The notes under the pieces: generated by a model | The model's input: the letters and a program-made list of their open reading frames with translations, nothing else | What the model was told of the DNA's origin: nothing | The model's database searches: none | Program-made: the position numbers and the translations under genes | Shown: piece after piece, positions 1 to 8,161 of the stretch | Layout of the letters: each line of letters starts with the position of its first letter | Numbering within the stretch: position 1 is the stretch's first letter | Virus record (IMG/VR): IMGVR_UViG_3300035454_000688 | Location: 1-64,000 of that record | Direction: 5' to 3' (one strand) | Source of the DNA: a virus | Lineage: Duplodnaviria > Caudoviricetes | DNA: 64,000 nucleotides

Positions 1-377
1 CTGCCAGGGTTCAGCGTAAAGTAGATCAGATCGCCTTCACGTGGTACATCTTTGCCGATATAGTTACCGATTTCTTCGTTGAAGGTTCTCTTCGCAATAG
101 AGAATGTAACTTGATCGCGGATCTGCAGACCAAACTTAGAAAGGAATACACCGTCCCCTTCATACCCATCAACAGACTTAATGTATACGTCGACTAGATA
201 TGCAGAGTTATAGATTGACAGGGAGTCTTCGCCGTAGATCTCATCCAGATCTTCGATCTCTCTTGGGCAATAGTAAACATCGTTCCCGTACATTCTGACA
301 GACTCAACTACCAGATCGTCGATCAACTGCTGTTCGTTTGATGCGCCAAAGTTATTGAAATACGGTGAAGCTACCAC
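1..377 (-). CDS. gp14: neck protein gp14 (3' part outside window)
   Basis: GTG start at 377 reads MVASPYFNNFGASNEQQLIDDLVVESVRMYG...YIKSVDGYEGDGVFLSKFGLQIRDQVTF, typical of T4-like gp14; directly downstream of gp13. Confidence 0.85.
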   Translation of the reverse strand, partial: MVASPYFNNFGASNEQQLIDDLVVESVRMYGNDVYYCPREIEDLDEIYGEDSLSIYNSAYLVDVYIKSVDGYEGDGVFLSKFGLQIRDQVTFSIAKRTFNEEIGNYIGKDVPREGDLIYFTLNPG

Positions 378-380
378 AAG

Positions 381-1124
381 TTATCCAATCATGTCAGTAA
401 CAGGAAGACTGAAGGAAGAGATCATCTCATCTTCCATCTTCTGGAGCTCGACAGTAGCATCGTCGTAAATCTTTTCGCCATTGAACTGGACGCCTCCTGG
501 AAGTTGCATTCCAGTAAACTTAGTCAGGTTCGAACCCCACTGTCTCTTGATCAAAGTAGTGGTGTAGTTCTGAAGCCATCTATCGCCCCATGCATCGGTG
601 TATGTGTTAGGATCAACAACCTGATAGGCTTCTACCAATAGATAGACTCCTATGTCAAGCGAACCCCAATCCATATCGATGTGTAGCTTGTTTGTATGGC
701 GGTTGAATCGTAGAGGCTGCTTACCAACAAGAAGCTCTGTGATAAGACCAAGATGCTCCATAACCATATAGTAAGGAACCATTGAAACAGATGTCAGAGT
801 ATAGAGATCATTGAGAGCAATCTGATAACGGATATTGAACATATCATCAGACGTCATCGAAGGATCCCCAATGGAAAACACGTTTACCGCTCCCAGAACG
901 TTCTCTGGCAGCGTGATGTACTTGTTATCTTTGTCTGTCTGAGTGACCTGATGCTTGTAGTAGATCTTCTCGGTGCCATCAAAGTGGTAGTCCCAGTAAT
1001 ACTTCAGAGCTTCATCGATACGATCTTCTACCTGATCGTCGTCGACGTTGATCTCGATTACCGGTTTACCTAGCTTACGGAGGCAATACTCTTTGAAAGC
1101 GGCTCTTGTTGTGGGCACAGCCAT
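381..1124 (-). CDS. gp13: neck protein gp13
   Basis: FKEYCLRKLGKPVIEINVDDDQVEDRIDEAL N-terminus and WGSNLTKFTGMQLPGGVQFNG C-terminus are hallmark gp13 motifs. Confidence 0.92.
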   Translation of the reverse strand: MAVPTTRAAFKEYCLRKLGKPVIEINVDDDQVEDRIDEALKYYWDYHFDGTEKIYYKHQVTQTDKDNKYITLPENVLGAVNVFSIGDPSMTSDDMFNIRYQIALNDLYTLTSVSMVPYYMVMEHLGLITELLVGKQPLRFNRHTNKLHIDMDWGSLDIGVYLLVEAYQVVDPNTYTDAWGDRWLQNYTTTLIKRQWGSNLTKFTGMQLPGGVQFNGEKIYDDATVELQKMEDEMISSFSLPVTDMIG

Positions 1125-1156
1125 AGTGTCTCATTCCTCGGTTTCTTTTTGTCTAT

Positions 1157-1726
1157 TTATCGAAACTTAGGACCTTGGATCCAAGACACCAGCGAACGGC
1201 GCTCGCCTTTGGTGACAGGAGTCACTCTGTGATTCAAGAACGAAGGGAACACGAGTACAGAGCCTTTCGCTTTGATCTGATCTGCTGGCACTTGTGCATA
1301 CTGAGAGTCGAGCTCAAAGTCTCCGCCTTCGTATTCTGAAGGATCAGATAACTGAATCACGATCGAAAGTTTACGGTCATATGCGGTAGGATTTGCCCAG
1401 AATGTGTCACAGTGCCAATCATACTTGCCTTTTTGTTCGGCAGTATACTTTGTGTACTGAATGTCTGGAAGGTAGTTGATATCAAAACCAAAAGCATTCC
1501 TATTAGCTTCGTTTGCGTAATACCATAACGTATCAGCAACGAACTTACTCTGACCGTCATTTGGATTGATCCACCTAATCTCACTCGATCTGGCATCATT
1601 GTTGAATGTGGACCCATCAAACCCAAGACCAGCATCTGCTGTGGGATATTGATCACCAATGTCGATAATACTCTGTACTTGTGCATCACTCAACGAAGCG
1701 TGCCAAAATTGCCATAACTGATTCAT
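1157..1726 (-). CDS. 2OG-Fe(II) oxygenase (PKHD/prolyl-hydroxylase-like)
   Basis: HxD (WHCD), EYEGGDFEL, distal His (LNHRVTPV) and 2OG-binding Arg (RRSLVSW). Confidence 0.88.
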   Translation of the reverse strand: MNQLWQFWHASLSDAQVQSIIDIGDQYPTADAGLGFDGSTFNNDARSSEIRWINPNDGQSKFVADTLWYYANEANRNAFGFDINYLPDIQYTKYTAEQKGKYDWHCDTFWANPTAYDRKLSIVIQLSDPSEYEGGDFELDSQYAQVPADQIKAKGSVLVFPSFLNHRVTPVTKGERRSLVSWIQGPKFR

Positions 1727-1756
1727 ATTGTTCTCACATTTAAATTACACTACATT

Positions 1757-1776
1757 TATTTATACAACTATAAATA
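1757..1776. promoter_or_regulatory. back-to-back T4-type late promoters (TATAAATA on both strands)
   Basis: TATAAATA on minus at 1764-1757 and on plus at 1769-1776, between divergent genes. Confidence 0.75.
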
Positions 1777-1805
1777 CGTTCAGAATACAATCTATAGGAG
1801 TAAGT

Positions 1806-2144
1806 ATGTCAAACTTAGTAAAAATTGACGACGTTCGTATATACTTTGGAGTTACAACACCCGAAGCGCTTCAAGCTATTTTTGACTGCAAGCAGATCTT
1901 AGACGATAACGAACTACCGTATGCTAACCTTATATACCCTGATGTCAACGTATATCCTGAAGTATTTGAAAACCTAAGCACATGGGCTTTTGGTACAGAC
2001 TTCACTCAGTATACCTTTACCGACTTTCCTATTATTACATGGAAAGAATACTACGACAACTACGAAGTATGTGATCAAGTAGCAACCTCGGTTGAAATGC
2101 TTGAAGCAAGCAGCCTGATCGAATTCAAAGAATTAGTAGAGTAA
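1806..2144 (+). CDS. hypothetical protein, possibly degenerate glutaredoxin-like fold
   Basis: ATG at 1806 preceded by AGGAG; 112 aa with FPII motif but no CxxC; ORF-track start 1728 runs over the promoters. Confidence 0.6.
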   Translation: MSNLVKIDDVRIYFGVTTPEALQAIFDCKQILDDNELPYANLIYPDVNVYPEVFENLSTWAFGTDFTQYTFTDFPIITWKEYYDNYEVCDQVATSVEMLEASSLIEFKELVE

Positions 2145-2642
2145 CTTCTTCGGCCTGTTGACAAAATCACCCAGCGTTATGAATGCTAACTTAGCATCAC
2201 CGCTGATTGTATACTCGTGATCTCTGGGGGCTATGTAGTATAGAGCTTTGACATCTGCTTCTTCGAATGTAAATGTTCCGAGTATATTATATACACCGGT
2301 ATTGGGGGGCACAATAATGTTCTCCTTTAACCTCTTATACTCTGCAACAAATGGTTGATAGCTAGAGAAACAAAGCCATACGCTATCCCCAACATAATAC
2401 TCAATTGTTGGATAGGTTAAATGGACATTCGTATTGACGTATGTCTCGCCAGTAACAACTCCCGACAGCTCGTTGTTATCAGCTCGATACTCTCTCATCT
2501 CGCCTCTATAGAGATATGTAAAGAATAAGTTCTTTTCATAATCTCCCGTGTCTGGTATCCAGTGCTTAAAATCACCATCTCTTCTGGCGCAAATGTGAAC
2601 CGTAAAGCCTGTATACTTGATTTGTAAGAGAGCTGATTTCAT
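2133..2642 (-). CDS. hypothetical protein (last gene of modification cassette)
   Basis: 169-aa ORF whose start overlaps the upstream stop (ATGA). Confidence 0.65.
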   Translation of the reverse strand: MKSALLQIKYTGFTVHICARRDGDFKHWIPDTGDYEKNLFFTYLYRGEMREYRADNNELSGVVTGETYVNTNVHLTYPTIEYYVGDSVWLCFSSYQPFVAEYKRLKENIIVPPNTGVYNILGTFTFEEADVKALYYIAPRDHEYTISGDAKLAFITLGDFVNRPKKLLY

Positions 2643-3544
2643 ATCTCAAACCTCTTTGGTCTGACCTTTGCACTCAGTACACCATCTTCTTGTGTCTGTT
2701 TGTAGTATGCAAGAGCTTCAATGGTATTGAGCGTCACATCGAACGTAGCTCTAAAAGCCTCTGATGCGGTTAGGTCTTGGATAGTGATTGTGTTTCTTTT
2801 CACAATATAATCTCTGAACTCAGTAGGTATGTTTTCCAATACCTCTGCTTCTAGCTTATCAAGAAAACTATCGGGTATGTCTTGATTGAACTCAGGTCTG
2901 CCAATCTGCTCGAATTGGTTTACCTTTTCCTTTGTGATAGATTCGACGTTTTCCATACCGAAGAATGTCAGGAGCTTATTGAACTGAGTTAGATCGAGTA
3001 TCTGATCCAATGTAGTCTCGTATATCTTACAACCAGCTTGCTTTAGAATAGGTGTGTAGTGTCTGATCCTACGTTCAGTATCCAAACACCACCAATAGCA
3101 CAGCTGGTAGTTGTGAGCTGTTTCCCATCCTTTGTATGGTAACACGCCAGGTTCATCTGGACCACTATACCAGTCTCTGATTAGATCACGACGACCTGGG
3201 ATCCACTTTAGGTTGAACATGCTGAGCGCGACTTCACGCATAGGTCTTCTTAGCACTATGATGTTGGGAACAATCCCTTGATCGAGGAAGTGCTCAATAA
3301 AGCCTTCTCCTACCATGTGGCCTGTATGGACACAATGGGTTTCGGGCTTAGAGTTGAACAGCTCAATCTTATCCTTCACAAAGGCTTGGCCTATAGAAGG
3401 ATCCTGTAGGTTGGCAACCCTTACTGTATGGAATCCAGGATCACCCTCATGCTCGGCATATACGTCTGGGACAGTTGACATAAGTGTCGCCAACTTGTTT
3501 GTACCAGAGCGTCCTGCGGACAGCATTATGGTGATTGTCTTCAT
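2639..3544 (-). CDS. sulfotransferase-family P-loop protein
   Basis: N-terminal SAGRSGTNKL 5'-PSB-like loop, EHEG strand, IIVLRRPMREVALS resembling the 3'-PB motif. Confidence 0.65.
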   Translation of the reverse strand: MKTITIMLSAGRSGTNKLATLMSTVPDVYAEHEGDPGFHTVRVANLQDPSIGQAFVKDKIELFNSKPETHCVHTGHMVGEGFIEHFLDQGIVPNIIVLRRPMREVALSMFNLKWIPGRRDLIRDWYSGPDEPGVLPYKGWETAHNYQLCYWWCLDTERRIRHYTPILKQAGCKIYETTLDQILDLTQFNKLLTFFGMENVESITKEKVNQFEQIGRPEFNQDIPDSFLDKLEAEVLENIPTEFRDYIVKRNTITIQDLTASEAFRATFDVTLNTIEALAYYKQTQEDGVLSAKVRPKRFEI

Positions 3545-4032
3545 CTTGCTCTTGCTAGAAAGTGCATATGGCTATTGTTGTATACTTCATTTCTATCGAG
3601 TGGTAGTATCTCGGTTGTCGAAGCATTATACATCATCACTTCTACTTCAGGAATAGTCTCGAGCTTTGCCCATAGCTTACCAGTGAATTTGGTATGGGTT
3701 CTATCTGAAACAAGTATCTTCTTCTCTTGGAGAATATGATACAGGTATATTTCCCGACCGATGCCTTTACCCATCAACTCATCTTTGACATGAAACTCAT
3801 GGCCACGAACCATCGACTGTTTAAAGACCATCAGCCAGTTATAGGCTACAAGGGTGTCTCCATCGAACAAACCATAGTAGGATGAGCATTTGTCATCACA
3901 TCTCTTGAGTGCGAAGCCTCGAATCTCCCCTATTGTGACAGTGTTCTCTCCGAACAGTCTTTTGCAATACTCGAAGTCTCTAAAATCATCAATCAACCAC
4001 ATATAGACACTTTCCCATTGCTCATAATCCAC
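3541..4032 (-). CDS. GNAT-family N-acetyltransferase-like protein
   Basis: FHVKDELMGKGIGREIY matches GNAT motif A (V...RGxGIG). Confidence 0.65.
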   Translation of the reverse strand: MDYEQWESVYMWLIDDFRDFEYCKRLFGENTVTIGEIRGFALKRCDDKCSSYYGLFDGDTLVAYNWLMVFKQSMVRGHEFHVKDELMGKGIGREIYLYHILQEKKILVSDRTHTKFTGKLWAKLETIPEVEVMMYNASTTEILPLDRNEVYNNSHMHFLARAR

Positions 4033-4913
4033 GCACTTGTATCCTGTGGAATACTTATGGTGACTATCTCACCCTTTACAACCTTCTTGGGGTTTAGTAT
4101 CTGGCTTGGGTGACCTGCTTTCCGAATAAGTTTATCCTTATGCATGATAGCCATATCCCACTTGATAGCCGTCAGCCATCCATCCTCAATTACTTTAAGT
4201 TGGAGGGTCTTCGGCCTTTCTTGTAGTGCATGCTCGGAAGTGTAATCGAGATAGGCAAGTCTAACAGGCTCAGTCAATGCTTCATGCACCGCAAACTCTT
4301 TGACAACATCGCCAATAGCTCTTGGCATGAGAGAGGACATCAGAAACTTTCTGTAGTAGAAGTTGTCTGGATTATGTAGATAGTTTAGAGTGATACCACT
4401 GTCTTCTTCTACAAGAGAGATGTCGTCATACAGACCCTGTGCATTGATAGCACCAAACCCACAACCAGTCCCTGTATACTCAACGTGATCAGGAACAAGG
4501 ATTGTATTCTTATGTCCGAACTTCTCTACACACTTCTTGAAGCTGGTCTGCTGTCCATCATTGAACCAGGGCTCGTGGACATAGATCATACCTAAAATAA
4601 CGTCAAACGTTTCACCGTTAAGATCCAGATCCTTGAAGTCTTGTTGGATGAACTCCACATCGACATTATTCTCTTTTGCGATCTCACGAGCTATGTTTAC
4701 GTTGCCATGGTCGACACCCACAACTCTTGTGGCACCCATCTTGGCAGCCATGATAGCAAGATTACCTAGCGCGCCAGTGCCTAGGTCCAACACAGACATG
4801 CCAGGTTTGATAATACCACTCATAATCTCTCTGAGGGATATTGTTCTGTCTCGAGTTTCTTTAAGCAGATAAAAGTGTTCGTATGGGCTGTTGCCAATTG
4901 CTTCGTCTAACAT
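3993..4913 (-). CDS. class I SAM-dependent methyltransferase, PRMT-like architecture
   Basis: VLDLGTGALGNLAIMAAKMGATRVVGVD motif I/post-I; C-terminal LTEPVRLAYLDY...GWLTAIKWDM segment resembles the PRMT beta-barrel; start refined to ATG 4913. Confidence 0.75.
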   Translation of the reverse strand: MLDEAIGNSPYEHFYLLKETRDRTISLREIMSGIIKPGMSVLDLGTGALGNLAIMAAKMGATRVVGVDHGNVNIAREIAKENNVDVEFIQQDFKDLDLNGETFDVILGMIYVHEPWFNDGQQTSFKKCVEKFGHKNTILVPDHVEYTGTGCGFGAINAQGLYDDISLVEEDSGITLNYLHNPDNFYYRKFLMSSLMPRAIGDVVKEFAVHEALTEPVRLAYLDYTSEHALQERPKTLQLKVIEDGWLTAIKWDMAIMHKDKLIRKAGHPSQILNPKKVVKGEIVTISIPQDTSAWIMSNGKVSICG

Positions 4914-4920
4914 AAAACCT

Positions 4921-5499
4921 CTATTTGAATGGGGGACCAACAAACCACATGATCAGGGCTTTTCGTTCTCCTGATATCAGTGGTGTCACTTGGTGTGGCA
5001 CATAGCCTGGGATACTATAAAACGTTCCTTTGCCTTTTGGAACCTTGCGAAGACCTTGGTCAGTCATCACTTCGATGTCACAGCCCTCATACTCTGACGG
5101 ATCCGATAGCTGTAGGACCACAACCATTTTACGAACCAGGTTAGACGCAACGCTCTTTGAATGTTCTTTTTTGTCCGTATGCCACCCAACATGGCGCCCA
5201 GGTGCATCGTACTTCGAATAGAGGACACCTTGTGGCAGCGCTGATGTTATATCCAAGCCAAAGTAGCTTTCGTTTATCCGCTTTGCGTATTCGCCAAATC
5301 TGTTGAATAGGAATTGTCTCTCAGGACTTTTTTTGATAAAGCAACAGAAACCATCATACGAAAGATTAGATACTTCCGTGTCTGTCAGGTCTGGCGCCCC
5401 ATCTATAGCAATTCGTTCTTCGCACAGCTCCGTAAGTTTCAACAGCTCGTCGGCTGTAAACATACTGTCGCCGGTGACTACATCATCGACTAGTTGCAT
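4921..5499 (-). CDS. 2OG-Fe(II) oxygenase, paralog of 1157..1726
   Basis: WHTD, RKMVVVLQLSDPSEYEG, PHQVTPLISGERKAL. Confidence 0.85.
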   Translation of the reverse strand: MQLVDDVVTGDSMFTADELLKLTELCEERIAIDGAPDLTDTEVSNLSYDGFCCFIKKSPERQFLFNRFGEYAKRINESYFGLDITSALPQGVLYSKYDAPGRHVGWHTDKKEHSKSVASNLVRKMVVVLQLSDPSEYEGCDIEVMTDQGLRKVPKGKGTFYSIPGYVPHQVTPLISGERKALIMWFVGPPFK

Positions 5500-6749
5500 A
5501 CGTTGTTCATCAATGTGGTTGCAACATCAGGGTCTCTGCAAACAACCATTCTGTTTTTAAGCAGCGCTTTTACACCACTTGCGTTGTAGTTGTAGCAGGT
5601 GAATATGACAGGCTTACCACCTTCACGAACAGCTCTTGCTAGTTCTATCGCATACAGATAGTCCTGATCAGTATCTCTTTCAACATGAATATGCATTATG
5701 ATGTTATCGACCTCATCAGACCGTTGAAGTATTTTCATAACCTCGACAGCGTCCTTTGTGAACCCTGCCGAGCTTCCTACCATGTCAATAGGATTGGCAG
5801 CAGTTGATTCTTTTGATAACACACTGGCTATTTCTGATACAAGTTGCTCAGATGGCTCGTCAATCAGCAAGCTGTTGAACTCAGCTGATGTTGACAGCAT
5901 AACTCCATACCCACCTGTATCGGTTACCAGCATTGTTCTTTTTCCAGCTGATCTAGGCTGGCAAGCATTGATGTATTGAATTACGGCCGTAAAGTCCATC
6001 ATGTTTCTTGCAACGTTCAATGCAATAGAAAGATTGGAACCTGTATGACGCTTCGCTGCTCTAATAGCCGCCGGCGTTGCCCATGGAACATATAAGACCA
6101 AAGGTTTGGATAGAGTCTGAATATACTCGAAGGGAATTTTATCCACATCTTCGTAATACATGGCGATGATCTCGGTGTGGATATCATCAACAAAACTTTG
6201 AATGATATCTTTAAGGTCTACACCGTTCTGATTACCAACAGTAATAACACGAGAGAAGCCCATACCAGTAGGCTTTAGTCTTTCTGCGAGATCAACAACA
6301 AGACCACCACTCTGTGAAATCACTCCCACACTGCCACGTGTAAACTCTCCTAGCGGGAGACAATCTATTGGGGTGTTGGCATCCCAGATGCCTGCACAGT
6401 TGGGTCCGATGAACACCGTGCCGTTGGACTTGGCTTTATCAACTATCCGTTGCTCGAGCTCACCATTACCCCTTTCACTAAAGCCTGCAGTGATGCAGAT
6501 GATAGCTTTGGTGTTTATTTCTAATAGTTGATCGACAACAGGTTCTACCTCATCGACTGCTACACATATAACAGCCAAGTCTAAAGCCTGAGGCAAGTCT
6601 TTTATGGATTTGTTCTTGTCTACAAGATACACAGATCTCTTGTCTTTGTGTTTCAAAAGACCATCAGCTATCCAATTGCCCCATTTGTCTGGGTTGTTGG
6701 ATGCTCCTATAACTGCTACAGTAGAAGGATTAAAGATAAAGTCAATCAT
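5490..6749 (-). CDS. NDP-forming acyl-CoA synthetase alpha-subunit-like (CoA-binding + ligase domains)
   Basis: FNPSTVAVIGAS CoA-binding start, IICITAGFSE, IGPNCAG, GVISQSGG, ITVGNQ, RHTGS catalytic-His-like motif, NPIDM. Confidence 0.82.
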   Translation of the reverse strand: MIDFIFNPSTVAVIGASNNPDKWGNWIADGLLKHKDKRSVYLVDKNKSIKDLPQALDLAVICVAVDEVEPVVDQLLEINTKAIICITAGFSERGNGELEQRIVDKAKSNGTVFIGPNCAGIWDANTPIDCLPLGEFTRGSVGVISQSGGLVVDLAERLKPTGMGFSRVITVGNQNGVDLKDIIQSFVDDIHTEIIAMYYEDVDKIPFEYIQTLSKPLVLYVPWATPAAIRAAKRHTGSNLSIALNVARNMMDFTAVIQYINACQPRSAGKRTMLVTDTGGYGVMLSTSAEFNSLLIDEPSEQLVSEIASVLSKESTAANPIDMVGSSAGFTKDAVEVMKILQRSDEVDNIIMHIHVERDTDQDYLYAIELARAVREGGKPVIFTCYNYNASGVKALLKNRMVVCRDPDVATTLMNNVCN

Positions 6750-6766
6750 AATATATCACCAAAAAA

Positions 6767-7540
6767 TTATGTATATGCGAAGTATATCTTCCCATCACCA
6801 CCAGCGGCACCAGCATTACCTCCGTACCCACCGTTGCCACCAGCGGATCCAGTATTATAGCTGCCACCAAGTCCAGCTCCACCAGCGGCTGAGCCAAAGG
6901 TGGTTCCAGTTTCTCCAGCATTCCCAGTTGTATTAACAACCGTTCCGCCAGATGCTGATCCACCACCTCCACCAGCGCCAGCAGAACCACCTACACCACC
7001 GCCACCGCCACCGGCGGACATAGATGTAAGCGCTATCGACCCACTTGTTACTGTAGATGCGCCACCTGCGACACCAGAAGTGTTATAAGCGCCTCCTGAT
7101 CCAGCGGCGCCTACAGTGTATGTGAACGTCCGGCCGTTTGCTTTAACTGCTATAGAGGTGCGAGCAAGCCCACCAGAGCCTCCGCCGCCACCACTATAAA
7201 GTATAGACCCACCTTTACCACCAACAAGACCACCGCCACCACCGCCCGAAGCACCAATAGCTTCAATCACAACTAACTGGGCGCCAGCTGGAATAGTCTC
7301 AGTGGCCCCAGAAGCTGCAGATGTGTAGTTTCTATTGGTTGCAACGAACTTAGTAGCTCCATAGAAGTTACTAAAGCTGATTGTACCAGATGTAGGGATT
7401 ACTACATCTGATGAGTTATATGTACCTGACGGCACATTAGAACCTCCGGAATAATATTCATTTAGTCCGATAGGGTTGCTACCGCCAAATTCAGTTTGAA
7501 TTTGAGCTAATGTAATTGCCCCGGAGGTCTGCAGAGTCAT
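6767..7540 (-). CDS. glycine-rich tail-fibre-associated protein (possible distal adhesin)
   Basis: TSGAITLAQIQTEFGGSNPIGLNEYY N-terminus, often seen after phage fibres, followed by poly-Gly tracts. Confidence 0.6.
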   Translation of the reverse strand: MTLQTSGAITLAQIQTEFGGSNPIGLNEYYSGGSNVPSGTYNSSDVVIPTSGTISFSNFYGATKFVATNRNYTSAASGATETIPAGAQLVVIEAIGASGGGGGGLVGGKGGSILYSGGGGGSGGLARTSIAVKANGRTFTYTVGAAGSGGAYNTSGVAGGASTVTSGSIALTSMSAGGGGGGVGGSAGAGGGGGSASGGTVVNTTGNAGETGTTFGSAAGGAGLGGSYNTGSAGGNGGYGGNAGAAGGDGKIYFAYT

Positions 7541-7543
7541 TTA

Positions 7544-7747
7544 TTAGCCTTGCGGTTGACCCAGCTGTGCTTGAGCCTGCTGGAAGAGTTTCTTAAGAAC
7601 AGGATCCACCACGCGGTGTGGGAGTTCCTGTAGTCCACCCATGATGATGTTCAATTCATTGACGTCCACTGTAAGGTTCACAGTAGGAGCTGGTTGAGCC
7701 TGTTGGTTTTCAACTAGCTTCGAGTCGAGTTCTGGATTAGTAGCCAT
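7544..7747 (-). CDS. small hypothetical protein in tail fibre operon
   Basis: 67-aa ORF with AGGAG upstream, abuts neighbours. Confidence 0.6.
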   Translation of the reverse strand: MATNPELDSKLVENQQAQPAPTVNLTVDVNELNIIMGGLQELPHRVVDPVLKKLFQQAQAQLGQPQG

Positions 7748-7764
7748 GATGTATTCTCCTTAGA

Positions 7765-8160
7765 TTATGTATTTGCAATTGGTGCGGTTGGAACAGTATT
7801 TGACCCTGGAGGCGCCCACGGAAGGGCATCTGCATTGACTTCGACCATCGGACGAACGATAGAGTCAATTTGCTTCTGGATCTGCTCATCGATGTGAGCC
7901 TTGTAGCCAGGATTGCCTTCGACAACAGCCTGGACCCAGCTGAGAACCTGAGCTTCTGTCAGGTCTTCGTAGGATGTGAAGTTGTCAGGGTCAACCTGAT
8001 CTGGTTCGAACGGCGTTGCGCCGTTAAACGTACCAGAGTTATCATCTTCATCTGTACCGGTGCATTCCCAGTATGTCTGAACGATAATGTCATTGAGTTC
8101 TGCAGAAGGATCATCCTGCTTCTTCAGACTCTTAATCTTCCATGTATATGTAAGTGCCAT
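7765..8160 (-). CDS. putative tail fibre assembly/accessory protein
   Basis: YTWKIKSL...WECTGTD...FTSYEDLTEAQVLSWVQ pattern typical of genes following phage fibres. Confidence 0.6.
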   Translation of the reverse strand: MALTYTWKIKSLKKQDDPSAELNDIIVQTYWECTGTDEDDNSGTFNGATPFEPDQVDPDNFTSYEDLTEAQVLSWVQAVVEGNPGYKAHIDEQIQKQIDSIVRPMVEVNADALPWAPPGSNTVPTAPIANT

Positions 8161-8161
8161 G

